Shown here one piece after another: positions 30,344 through 39,380 of a stretch of 64,000 nt of DNA (within the stretch, counting starts at the first letter, position 1; each line of letters opens with the position of its first letter). The notes under the pieces were generated by a model. It was not told where the DNA came from. It worked only from the letters and a program-made list of their open reading frames with translations, and ran no database searches. The position numbers were made by a program, and so were the translations under genes. This DNA is from Candidatus Geohabitans tengchongensis (GTDB taxonomy: Bacteria; Sysuimicrobiota; Sysuimicrobiia; Sysuimicrobiales; Humicultoraceae): assembly GCA_031459625.1 (NCBI GenBank), contig JAVKIH010000004.1, forward strand, positions 10,588-74,587, given 5' to 3'.

Positions 30344-31777
30344 CTAGCGGTAGTACCCCGCCCGGAACATGCGCTCGAGGGCGAAGGTCTGGAGGTCGGC
30401 CAGCACGTCGTCGATCTTCGCCCCGGCGATGGCCCGCGACGCCGCCGTGCCGATCTTATCCATGAACTCGTTGAGCTCGGGGAAGTAGGGGAAGTAGAAG
30501 GGGTCCGACTTGAGGATGGCGTCCTCCCACACCTTCAACTCCTCTCGCCCCCACGTCTCTACGAGGGTCGGGCTGTACATCAGCGACGGCATGGTCACCC
30601 ACGGGAACTTGGTCCGCCTGGAGAACTCCTCCATCGCCTTCTTGCCGGTCAGGTAGGCCAGGGTCTGCCAGGCCTCCTCCTTGTTGCGCGAGAAGCGGCT
30701 GAGCCCCAGCGAGAAGGTCCAGAAGGACTGGATCATCTTCCCCGACGGCCCGATGGGCGAGGGGGCCAGGCGGCTCTCCGTCCGCACCTCCGGGATCTTG
30801 CTGCCCAGGCGCGCCGGGTAGGCGTTGATGGCCGAGGGGAGCATGACGGCGGCCTTGCCCTGGTCCCAGAGGTTGAGCATGTCCACCCAGGTGTGCGTGG
30901 AGGCGGCCGGCGAGCCGTAGTTCCGCAGCAGGGTGACGAAGGCCGTGAAGCCCGGCTTGAAGTCGCCGGTGAAGATCGGCTTGGCCTTCCGGCGGCGGAT
31001 CTCGGCCGCCGTGCGCGGTCCGCCCTCGAACCAGGCGGGGTAGCCGGCGTAGGCGTAGACGAAGCCGAGCAGGTCGAGGCTGGGTTCCTCCCCGGGGGCC
31101 CCGCGCATCGTCAGCGGGAACATGTCCACCTTCTCCTGCTGGAAGCGCTCCTTGAGCGTGCGCAGCGTGGCCTCGAGCTGCTGGGTCGTGCGGGGCGGCG
31201 TCAGGCCGTAGCGGCGGAAGATGTCCCGACGGTACATCAGGCCGGGGCCGAACGAGTAGTAGGGGAGGCCGTAGAGCACGCCGTCGACGCGGTTGGCCTC
31301 GAGGTACTTGGGGTAGATGTCCTTCAGGCTGACGTACTTCGACGGGCTGCGGCGCATCCACCGTTCCAGGTCTTCCAGCAGCCCGGCATACCCGTAGGTC
31401 TGCACCGCACCGTCGCTGCCCAGCAGGACGACGTCGTAGCGACCGGTTCGCGACATCAGGTCCGTCAGGACCTTCTGGCGGACGGCCAGCTCGTCGCCCC
31501 ACTCGATCTGGATGGTGGCGCCGACCTCCCGCTCCAGGGCGCGGAGCGCCTCGGTGCGTTCGGTCCCCTTCGGCCCGAAGAGCTCGGGCCAGGCGAAGCC
31601 CTGGGCGAAGGCAATCACGCGGACGGTCTTCGTACGCTGCAGCGCGATGGCCGGCCACCGGTGGGCGGTGCTCACGCCGGCCAGGGCGCCGGCCACGCCG
31701 GCGCCGACCTTCAGGAATGTGCGGCGGGTGACCTTCCCGCCTCCGTGTGCCTCCTCGACCCTCTCGTCATGCGACAC
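30344..31777 (-). CDS. Carbohydrate ABC substrate-binding protein with Tat signal
   Basis: TRRTFLK twin-arginine motif; DGVLYGLPY, LMYRRD and QGKAAVM (SBP family 1). Confidence 0.9.
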   Translation of the reverse strand: MSHDERVEEAHGGGKVTRRTFLKVGAGVAGALAGVSTAHRWPAIALQRTKTVRVIAFAQGFAWPELFGPKGTERTEALRALEREVGATIQIEWGDELAVRQKVLTDLMSRTGRYDVVLLGSDGAVQTYGYAGLLEDLERWMRRSPSKYVSLKDIYPKYLEANRVDGVLYGLPYYSFGPGLMYRRDIFRRYGLTPPRTTQQLEATLRTLKERFQQEKVDMFPLTMRGAPGEEPSLDLLGFVYAYAGYPAWFEGGPRTAAEIRRRKAKPIFTGDFKPGFTAFVTLLRNYGSPAASTHTWVDMLNLWDQGKAAVMLPSAINAYPARLGSKIPEVRTESRLAPSPIGPSGKMIQSFWTFSLGLSRFSRNKEEAWQTLAYLTGKKAMEEFSRRTKFPWVTMPSLMYSPTLVETWGREELKVWEDAILKSDPFYFPYFPELNEFMDKIGTAASRAIAGAKIDDVLADLQTFALERMFRAGYYR

Positions 31778-31849
31778 CGTTCTCCCCTCCCTTCCTGGTC
31801 CGGTCGTGATCGTGCGGCCCCCGCCTGCGCGGGGGGAGCGCCGGAGGCA

Positions 31850-33415
31850 TCACTCTGTGCCGGATCGCACCATGGCGGGGCCACCCGGCGCCGGAGCTGC
31901 CGCGGCGAGGGTCGCCAGCCCGTGGGCGGTCTCGCGGAGCCGGTGGTAGAGACCCCGGTAAAGGCCATAGACGCGGTCGTAGGCTTGCTGCGCCTGCGGA
32001 TCGGGTGCGACGAGACCCTGGAAGTGCACCATGGCGCCACAGGCGGCGGCGAAGTCCCGGTGGACGCCTGTGGCCACGGCGGCGATGATCGTCGCCCCCA
32101 GGGCTGAGGCATCGTGCTCGGCCAACAGCTCCATCGGCGTTCCCAGCACGTCGGCCAGCACCCGCGCCCACAGCGGGCTGCGAGCACCGCCTCCGCCCAG
32201 CCGGATGTGCGTGGCGCGCTGTCCCAGCTCGGCGAACTGCTCGAACGCTTCCCGGAAGTTGAATGCCACCCCCTCCAGCACGGCGCGGGTGACCTCTCGC
32301 CGCCCGTGGGTGGAGGTGGCGCCCACCAGGGCGGCACGGGCATGCGGGTCGGCGTGGGGCGTGGCCGCGCCGTCGAGGAAGGGCAGGAAGAGCAACCCGC
32401 CGCTCCCCGGGGGGACCTCCGCCGCCTCGGTCAGGAGGTGGTCCAGCTCGCCCCCGATCAGCCCGGCCAGCCAGGTGAGGCAGTGGCCGGCGGTCATGAC
32501 CAGCCCGTGCCAGAAGTAGGCTCCCGGCAGCGGGGCGGCCATGGCCCAGACGCCGTCCGCCGTGGTGATGGGGATGCCGGCCATGGCCAGGGCGATCTGT
32601 CCCGCCGTCCCGACCATGATGCACCCTACCCCCGGGCTGATGACCCCGGTCCCCGCCGTGATCGCGGCCATGTCTCCTGCACCGGCCACGACGGGCACGC
32701 CGGGAGGTAGCCCCAGCACCTGGGCCTGGGCGTCGACCAGGGGGCCGATGACCGTCGGGGACTCCACGACCTCCGGGAGCAGATGAGCCGGGAGCCCCAA
32801 ACGGTGGAGGAGCGCAGCGTGCCAGGCACGACGATGGAGGTCGAGCATGAGCGTCGCGGCAGCGTCGGTCACGTCCGTCGCGGCGCGCCCGGTGAGCCGG
32901 TAGGCCAGGAAGTCTTTGGGGGCCAGCACGACGCGGGTCTGGTCGATCGTCCCCGGCTCATGGCGGAGGAGCCACAGGAGCTTGGCCGCGGTGTGGATGG
33001 GGCCGGCCCGGCCCAGCGCCCCTTGCGCCAGTAGGTCGCCGGCGCGGGCATTGATCTCCTCGGCCTCCTCCGCGGCACGCCGGTCGAGCCAGATGATGGC
33101 CGGGCGGAGGACCTGTCCCCGGCTATCGAGCAGGACGACCCCGTTCACCTGGCCGGCTAGGCCGATGGCCGCCACCGAGACCCTGCCGCGCGATCCCGCG
33201 CTCGCCCGGGCCAGGGCCTCCCGGACCGCCTCCACCGTCGCCTGCCACCAGGTCTCTGGGTCCTGTTCCGCCCGTCCCTCAGCCAACCAGGTGACCGTGT
33301 AGGGGCGAGCGGCCCGCCCGCGGATCTCCCCTCGCGGGGTGACCGCCAGCACCTTGACCGCGGACGTCCCCAGGTCGATGCCGAGGAGGAACGTGTCGGT
33401 GGCCTCGGCGCTCAC
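31850..33415 (-). CDS. FGGY carbohydrate kinase (xylulokinase-like)
   Basis: LGIDLGTSAVK, EQDPETWW, PAIIWLDRR, RAVLEGVAF and GGGARS motifs. Confidence 0.92.
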   Translation of the reverse strand: MSAEATDTFLLGIDLGTSAVKVLAVTPRGEIRGRAARPYTVTWLAEGRAEQDPETWWQATVEAVREALARASAGSRGRVSVAAIGLAGQVNGVVLLDSRGQVLRPAIIWLDRRAAEEAEEINARAGDLLAQGALGRAGPIHTAAKLLWLLRHEPGTIDQTRVVLAPKDFLAYRLTGRAATDVTDAAATLMLDLHRRAWHAALLHRLGLPAHLLPEVVESPTVIGPLVDAQAQVLGLPPGVPVVAGAGDMAAITAGTGVISPGVGCIMVGTAGQIALAMAGIPITTADGVWAMAAPLPGAYFWHGLVMTAGHCLTWLAGLIGGELDHLLTEAAEVPPGSGGLLFLPFLDGAATPHADPHARAALVGATSTHGRREVTRAVLEGVAFNFREAFEQFAELGQRATHIRLGGGGARSPLWARVLADVLGTPMELLAEHDASALGATIIAAVATGVHRDFAAACGAMVHFQGLVAPDPQAQQAYDRVYGLYRGLYHRLRETAHGLATLAAAAPAPGGPAMVRSGTE

Positions 33416-34344
33416 GTCTCCTCCCCTGCCAGGAAGCGGCGCGGGTTGTGGATGAGCAGATCGTCGATGACGCCGTCGGGCAGGCCGGCCTCGCGCAGCC
33501 GGGGGACGAAGCGGGTGAGCACGTAGTCCAGGCCGGGACCGCCGCCGTAGCTCACCCAGTAGGACGGGCGGCCCAGGTCGTTGCCCAGCAGGATGCGCTG
33601 ACCCCATCCCGCCTCGACCATCGTGCGGATGAGCTCGACGCGGGCGGCATCGGTGCCGTACTTGGCCTTGCCGGCGCAGTCGTACCCCAGGTAGGCGCCC
33701 GCCCGGGCCACCGACGCGTGGACCACGGGGTCGGGGAGGCGATCCATGTGGCTCAGGCAGATGCGGTGGGGCACCACCCCGTGCTCGACGAGGTACGCCA
33801 CCTGCTCGGGCCCCATGGTGCCGCCCGTCGTGTGCGTGATCAGTGGGGCGCCTGTCTCGCGGTGGGCCGCCGCCGCCAGGCGCAGGAGCTTCCGCCCGGC
33901 CTCGTCGAGGCAGTTGTACTCCGTGCCGGCCTTGATGACGGCCGCGCGAATGGAGGTGCGGCCGATCCCCTCCGTCAGCTCCCGGACCAGGAGGCGCACC
34001 GTCGCCGCTTCGTCGAGTTCGTAGACCCAGCGGCCCATGTACCAGGGCCGGTTGAAGCCGGTCGTGACCAGCACGTGCACCTGGGGAACGCGCTCGGCGA
34101 TGCGCCGCACGGCTTCGACGTCCCGCCCGAAGTCCGCAGCGGTCATCTCGATCAGGGTGCGGCCGCCGGCGGCTGCCCAGCGGGCCAGCTCCTCGGCGCT
34201 GCGCCGCTCGTCGCGCAGGGCGAAGTCGGGATCCAGGCGGTGGAGCCAGGCCGGGGGATCGACGTAGAGGTGCTCGTGGTAGTCCACAACGCCGAGGTCG
34301 GTCACGGCTACGTCGCCCAGGACGGTGGGGAGCGTCCGCGGCAT
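33412..34344 (-). CDS. Phosphotriesterase-family protein (probable lactonase)
   Basis: Metal-ligand pattern YHEHL, VIKAGT, ITHT, LSHMDR, LGND. Confidence 0.9.
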   Translation of the reverse strand: MPRTLPTVLGDVAVTDLGVVDYHEHLYVDPPAWLHRLDPDFALRDERRSAEELARWAAAGGRTLIEMTAADFGRDVEAVRRIAERVPQVHVLVTTGFNRPWYMGRWVYELDEAATVRLLVRELTEGIGRTSIRAAVIKAGTEYNCLDEAGRKLLRLAAAAHRETGAPLITHTTGGTMGPEQVAYLVEHGVVPHRICLSHMDRLPDPVVHASVARAGAYLGYDCAGKAKYGTDAARVELIRTMVEAGWGQRILLGNDLGRPSYWVSYGGGPGLDYVLTRFVPRLREAGLPDGVIDDLLIHNPRRFLAGEET

Positions 34345-34347
34345 CGC

Positions 34348-35175
34348 TCAGGCGCCGGACCGCGGGAGGCGCGCCACCGCCGTCGGCTGCGGATGGACAG
34401 GGGGCGGGCTGTAGCCGATGTCGGCCGAGATCGCCCGGGCGGTGGCCACCACGCGCCCGGCCAACGGGCTCCCCTCCAGGGGCCAGGGCATCCGGTCGGC
34501 GGGCCCGGCGACGCTCACGGCGGCCACGGCGGCGCCCTCATGGTTGAAGACCGGCGCGGCGATGCAGCGGACCGAGACTTCCCGTTCGCCCCGGTCGACG
34601 GCGTAGCCCAGCCGCCGCACGGCCTCGAGCTCCCGGCCGAGCCGCCGAGGGTCGGTGATGGTGTACGGCGTCAGGCGCCGAAGGGGGACGCGCTGCAGGT
34701 AGGTCTCCAGCGTCCCCGGGGGCGAGAAGGCCAGGAGCGCTTTGCCCAGGCCGGTGCAGTAGGCCGGCAGCATCGCGCCCACGCGGGACTTCATGTAGGC
34801 GACGGGGAAGCGGGAGAGGACCCGCTCGATGTACACCACCTGCAGGTCTTCGAAGACGGCCAGCTGGACAGACTCGCCGCTCTCATTCCGCAGGGCCACC
34901 AGGTGAGGCAGGGCCCGCGTGCGCAGGTCGAGGTGGGCCAGGAATGCATTCCCGACCACGAACGCCTTCACGCCCACCCGGTAGCGACCGTCGCGCTGCT
35001 CGACGAACCCGTGCCGAGTGAGGGTGCGCAGGAGCCGGTGGGCCGTCCCTTTCGGCAGCGCGGTCCGGGCCGCCAGGTCGGACAGGGACAACCCCTCGGC
35101 ACCGCCCCTCAGGGCCTCCAGTAGGTGGAGGGCCCGGCTCAACGACTTGACCTCATCCACTCGCGGGTGTTTCAT
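34348..35175 (-). CDS. IclR-family transcriptional regulator
   Basis: SLSRALHLLE HTH, CTGLGKALLA, GYAVDRGE and CIAAPVF motifs. Confidence 0.93.
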   Translation of the reverse strand: MKHPRVDEVKSLSRALHLLEALRGGAEGLSLSDLAARTALPKGTAHRLLRTLTRHGFVEQRDGRYRVGVKAFVVGNAFLAHLDLRTRALPHLVALRNESGESVQLAVFEDLQVVYIERVLSRFPVAYMKSRVGAMLPAYCTGLGKALLAFSPPGTLETYLQRVPLRRLTPYTITDPRRLGRELEAVRRLGYAVDRGEREVSVRCIAAPVFNHEGAAVAAVSVAGPADRMPWPLEGSPLAGRVVATARAISADIGYSPPPVHPQPTAVARLPRSGA

Positions 35176-35204
35176 AATGCGGACCTTGATCCAAATAATG
35201 GAAC
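35169..35204. promoter_or_regulatory. Candidate IclR operator pair
   Basis: AT-rich imperfect palindrome GATCCAAATAATGGAAC (35188-35204) beside a weaker GTTTCATAATGCGGAC (35169-35184) at the regulator start. Confidence 0.45.
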
Positions 35205-35245
35205 CAACGACGTTTTCGCGGGTACCCCGTCCATCCCCTCCCGTA

Positions 35246-35529
35246 TGAGCTCTTACGATGCGGCGATCCTTGAGGGGAGCCCGGAGGCGGAGGAGCAAAT
35301 TGGGGTTCATGAAGGCCGTGATGAACCTGATACTGCAGGGGCGGTGGCTTCCGGGTGCCTGCGGCCGCGGGGTCACCCCCGCGAGTTTCTGGCCATCGGT
35401 CGGTGGGAGAGCCTGGAAGAACTGCAGATCCTGATGGGGAACCCTGCGGTGGATGAACGCATCGCCTCGATGTTCGACGGCGCGCCCCAGGTCACCATCT
35501 GGGCGGAGGCCGGCTGGAAGGGGTACTGA
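35246..35529 (+). pseudogene. Possible gene remnant (ABM-like C-terminus)
   Basis: EFLAIGRWESLEEL...FDGAPQVTIW reads like a dimeric alpha-beta barrel C-terminus; the N-terminus is not convincing. Confidence 0.3.
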
Positions 35530-35536
35530 GCCGGGA

Positions 35537-36958
35537 TCACCGCTCGCCGTCGCCCAGGTAGGCGCCCTGGGCTTTGAGGATCCGGGTCACCTCGGTGAAG
35601 AGCTCCGGCCGGCGGACTACCTCGGCGGGGGTGCAGCGGCGCCTGGCACAGACCGCCGCCGTCACCCCGGCCGCCTGGCCCATCGCCATGGTGGTGGGGA
35701 CGACCCGCGCCGACCCCGCCGCTTCCGAAGTGGCGGAGAAGGCGCGCGAGGCCACCAGCAGGTTGTCCACCCCGCGCGGAATGAGCGTCCGCAGCGGGAT
35801 CCCGTAGACGTAGCGCACCGGCGGGTAGGGGTTCACCCACCCCGGGACGTAGGGGTGGATGTCGATGGGGTAAGAGGCGACGGCGATGCGGTCGGGGAAG
35901 GGCCGGCCGGCGATGATGTCCTCGGCGGTGAGGGTGTAGCGGCCGCCCATGTGCCGGGTCTCCCGGATGTAGAGCATCGGCGCGTGGTCGACGAGCTCGG
36001 CCTGGGCGAAGCCCGGCACGTGCTCGCGCAGGTGGGCGACCACGTGGGGCAGTTCGCGCCGCGCCCTGGCCATCCCCTGCTCGACCGACGCCGGCACCAG
36101 GCCGTTCACGTGGAAGATCTGCAGGGCGTTGATGAGGACGGTGCCGTCCCGCTGGAGCGCCAGGTTGAGGCCGAGCAGCGCCACGTCGGGCTGGCTGGGC
36201 CGGTAGCGCCGTCCCACCTCACCGTAGCCCCAGGCAGCCTTCCCATTGACGCCCCAGGCGGCCGGCTCCGCCCCGGTCGCCTTGCGCCGGGTGAGGTCGG
36301 CGACGAGCGCGGCCCAGTCCACGCCGCGCACGCGGAAGATCAGGGTGGCCGCCTGCATCCACACCGCGCCGTCGGGGCCGGGCCGACCCAGCACCACCGG
36401 CACCCCCGCCGCTGCGGCAACGTCGGCGTCGTCGGTGGCGTCGATGACCTGCCGGGCGCGCACGGTGAGGGTGCGGCGCCAGTCACGGTCGTCGAACTCC
36501 GCCCCGAGCAGTCGCGTCCCGTCCTGCAGGAGGCGCCGCAGCGGGGCGTTGGTGGTGGAGCCGACGAGCGGCTCCCGGTAGACCGCCCAGGTGAGCTTCT
36601 CCACCGCCTCCTCCAGGTCGAAGCTCAGGCCGAGCTGCTGGTAGTACTCCCAGAAGATGCCGCGGGTGAGGTGGGCGCCGTCGGGCGTCAGGTTCATGTC
36701 GAAGGTGGTGAGCCAGGCCCAGGTGATGACGCCGCCCATCTTGGGGAGGGCCTCGACGAGGTGCACCCGGCTGCCGGCGCGCGCGGCCGCCGCGGCGGCG
36801 GCGATCCCCGCCGGCGTGGCGCCGACCACCAGCACGTCAACGGTGATGGTCCGCGGCGGCGCGGCCGCCAGCGGCGTCGCCAGCAGGAGCAGCGCCGCGC
36901 ACAGCCCCAGGGGGCGGTGGACCCGGACGGACCGGCACACGCCTATCAAGTTTTGCAC
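35537..36958 (-). CDS. FAD-dependent oxidoreductase with signal-peptide-like N-terminus
   Basis: DVLVVGATPAGIAAA, IDATDDADV, YIRETR, YPIDIH, YGIPLRTL and GQAAG motifs; exact start uncertain. Confidence 0.88.
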   Translation of the reverse strand: MQNLIGVCRSVRVHRPLGLCAALLLLATPLAAAPPRTITVDVLVVGATPAGIAAAAAAARAGSRVHLVEALPKMGGVITWAWLTTFDMNLTPDGAHLTRGIFWEYYQQLGLSFDLEEAVEKLTWAVYREPLVGSTTNAPLRRLLQDGTRLLGAEFDDRDWRRTLTVRARQVIDATDDADVAAAAGVPVVLGRPGPDGAVWMQAATLIFRVRGVDWAALVADLTRRKATGAEPAAWGVNGKAAWGYGEVGRRYRPSQPDVALLGLNLALQRDGTVLINALQIFHVNGLVPASVEQGMARARRELPHVVAHLREHVPGFAQAELVDHAPMLYIRETRHMGGRYTLTAEDIIAGRPFPDRIAVASYPIDIHPYVPGWVNPYPPVRYVYGIPLRTLIPRGVDNLLVASRAFSATSEAAGSARVVPTTMAMGQAAGVTAAVCARRRCTPAEVVRRPELFTEVTRILKAQGAYLGDGER

Positions 36959-37019
36959 CGAGAGGCGCGAGGCCCTTCAGCGCCGTCCCGGGATCGGATC
37001 GGCGGTCTCATCCGGCTCC

Positions 37020-37245
37020 GGACACAGCGACCCCGGTGCCGCTGTTGGTCAGCGCACCGATCCGCCCGGCGTGGGTGCCGTGCCGTTGTCGTCCTCGGCG
37101 TTGCTGTCGTTGTTCACGAAGTCCCGCTGCGCGACGACGGCCGGCAGGTCCTCGTGGCTGTTGTCCACCCCGGTGTCCACCACGGCGATCCGCACGCCGT
37201 GCTGCCCGTCGTCGTGTCCCAGGCGGCATAGGCCTCCACCTTCCC
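37020..37245 (-). pseudogene. S8 subtilase (thermitase-like) remnant
   Basis: Across three frames: AYAAWDTTTGS / VRIAVVDTGVDNSHEDL...DDNG / HGTHAGRIGALTNSGTGVA; Asp and His motifs present, Ser motif absent. Confidence 0.8.
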
Positions 37246-37368
37246 CCAGGCCTACGGGAGCACGCACCCGTGCCGCCGGGCCGACAGCGGACGCTGCAGC
37301 CAGCCCCCCTGCAGAGTGCCGCTCCGCCGAAGGAGCCTCGGCCGGGCGCGTCGTACTGTGCGGGCGCC

Positions 37369-37779
37369 ATGAGCACTCTTCTCGCCCTGCACGGCACCGC
37401 GCTGCTCGTGTGGCTCCCTGCCATCGGCAACCTGGTCCTGGCCCTCCTAGCCGGCCTGGCGGCCCTGGCGGGGCGGCGCACGCTCCCGGCGCTCTTCTGG
37501 GCCGCCCTGCTGGTCCTGCTCGCCCTGCTGGCCGTGCAGGCTGCCGTCGGTCTGGCGCTCGTGGCCGGTGGGGCGCGGCCGCGCACGGCGCTCCACCTGC
37601 TCTACGGCGTGCTGGTCGCCGTGGGGGCTGTGGTGCAGTACGGGTTGCGTCCCGGCGGCTGGCTGCGGCGACGCGCGGTAGGCGAGCCCTTCCGCGAAGC
37701 GCGCGTCATGGCGCTCGTCTGCCTCACGGAAGGTGCGCTGATCCTGCGGGCCTGGATGACGGGAGCCTTCGGACGTTAG
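37369..37779 (+). CDS. Small four-TM membrane protein
   Basis: Four hydrophobic segments, LHLLYG motif, GC-rich third codon positions. Confidence 0.65.
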   Translation: MSTLLALHGTALLVWLPAIGNLVLALLAGLAALAGRRTLPALFWAALLVLLALLAVQAAVGLALVAGGARPRTALHLLYGVLVAVGAVVQYGLRPGGWLRRRAVGEPFREARVMALVCLTEGALILRAWMTGAFGR

Positions 37780-37916
37780 CGGCGCCCGCGCTCCCCGGGT
37801 GCCTCCGGAGTTCCCACGGAGTTTCGCCCACGACCGCGCGGCGCCGCACGGTAAATTGACCCACTGGGACCCCTCCGGTAGAATGGACCGAGCCCTAGCG
37901 ACCGTCGGAGGTCCAC

Positions 37917-38606
37917 ATGCCGGTCCTCGCCTGGCTGATCGCGGCGGCCTTCGCGGTAGCCGGTCTCCTCCCCATCCTGCGCAGCGCCCTGCGACAGCCC
38001 ACTGTCTGGGTCCTCGTGGCGGTCGGAGGGCTGACCTCCTTCATCACCCAATGGGCCGGCCGTGCCCTCTGGGCGCCCGTCGCTGTCACCTTCGGCATCC
38101 CCGACGTCGGCACCGGGCTGGTCATCCACCTCTTCGTCCTGGCCGCGCTCGGTGAGGCGCTCAAGATCGCTCCCGTGCTGGTCCTCGGCCATGCCCAGCC
38201 TACTCCGGCGGACGAGTGGTTCGTCTACGGTGCGTCCGTGGGCGCGGGGTTCGGGCTCGTCGGTGCGCAGCTCATCATCGCGCTCACCCTGGCCGCCAGC
38301 ACGCTGCCGGTCAGCTCGGTCGGCTCGGCGGTCCTGGCGGTGGCGCTGCGCCTCTTCCCAGTCCTGGCCCACACCGCCACCACGGCCTGGCTCGCCTGGG
38401 CCACCGCGCGCGGCCGCTTCGGCGCCACCTTCCTCGTCGTCGTCCTGGCCCAGACGGCGCTCGGCCTGGTCGAGCGCGGGGCGGGGGCGCTGGGCCTGCC
38501 GGTGGGCGGGCTCCTCCTGGCAGCGCTGGCCGCGGCCCTCTACGCCTACGTCTGTCTCCTGCCTGTCCCGACGGGGAACCGCGGCGTGCGGCTCCTGCCC
38601 GACTGA
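37917..38606 (+). CDS. PrsW/YhfC-like membrane protein with degenerate protease motifs
   Basis: GEALK, GASVGAGFG and LAH in a multi-TM protein; GGAGG RBS. Confidence 0.6.
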   Translation: MPVLAWLIAAAFAVAGLLPILRSALRQPTVWVLVAVGGLTSFITQWAGRALWAPVAVTFGIPDVGTGLVIHLFVLAALGEALKIAPVLVLGHAQPTPADEWFVYGASVGAGFGLVGAQLIIALTLAASTLPVSSVGSAVLAVALRLFPVLAHTATTAWLAWATARGRFGATFLVVVLAQTALGLVERGAGALGLPVGGLLLAALAAALYAYVCLLPVPTGNRGVRLLPD

Positions 38607-38616
38607 GCCTGCGGTC

Positions 38617-39360
38617 GTGCGCATCGCCATCCTCTCCGACGTCCATGCCAACCTGGAGGCGCTGGAGGCGACGCTGGGGGATGCCCGCCGGCGCGGGTGC
38701 GAGCGCATCGTCTGCCTGGGGGACTTCGTCGGGTACGGGCCCAGCCCCAACGAGTGCGTCGACCGCCTGCGGCCGCTCGTCGACGGACGCGCGGTGGCAG
38801 GGAACCACGACTGGGCCGCGGTGGGCAAGGTGGACATCACCTACTTCAACCCCTACGCCCAGGAGGCCATTCGCTGGACCCAGCAGGCCCTGCGCCCCGG
38901 CGTGCGGGACTACCTGACGGCGCTGCCCCACGAGTGGGTGGCGGACGGCACTGTGCCCTTCCTGGCGGTGCACGGCAGTCCCCGGGATCCCATCCAGGAG
39001 TACGTGCTGGACCAGGCCACGGCCGAGGAGAACTTCCGCGAGCGCTCCTTCGCCGTGGCCTTCGTGGGCCACACGCACGTGCCGGCGCTCTTCCTGGCCC
39101 GGGGCGAGACGGTGGGGGCGGCGCCCTTCCCGGTCGACACCCCCGTCGTCCTGCAGCCGGGGGTGCGCTACCTGATCAACGTGGGGAGCGTGGGGCAGCC
39201 GCGCGACGGCGACCCGCGGGCGGCGTACGTCCTGCTGGACAGCGAGGGGCCTGCGGTCATCCTCATCCGGGTAGAGTACCCGATCGAGGTCACACAGGAG
39301 CGGATGCGCGCCGTGGGCCTGCCGGAGGTGCTGGCCGAGCGGCTGCGCTACGGTCGGTGA
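38617..39360 (+). CDS. Calcineurin-like metallophosphoesterase
   Basis: SDVHAN, LGDFVGYG, GNHD, HGSP, GHTH and NVGSVGQPRDGD motifs. Confidence 0.93.
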   Translation: MRIAILSDVHANLEALEATLGDARRRGCERIVCLGDFVGYGPSPNECVDRLRPLVDGRAVAGNHDWAAVGKVDITYFNPYAQEAIRWTQQALRPGVRDYLTALPHEWVADGTVPFLAVHGSPRDPIQEYVLDQATAEENFRERSFAVAFVGHTHVPALFLARGETVGAAPFPVDTPVVLQPGVRYLINVGSVGQPRDGDPRAAYVLLDSEGPAVILIRVEYPIEVTQERMRAVGLPEVLAERLRYGR

Positions 39361-39380
39361 GCGCAGGAAGGAGGACCGGG

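Noticed and set aside
28521..31777. Defective ABC transporter because no ATPase gene is present
   Set aside because: CUT1 sugar importers commonly share an ATPase encoded elsewhere.
26122..35530. tRNA-Arg-anchored integrative element
   Set aside because: No integrase and no duplicated tRNA 3' end found at the far side; only adjacency supports it.
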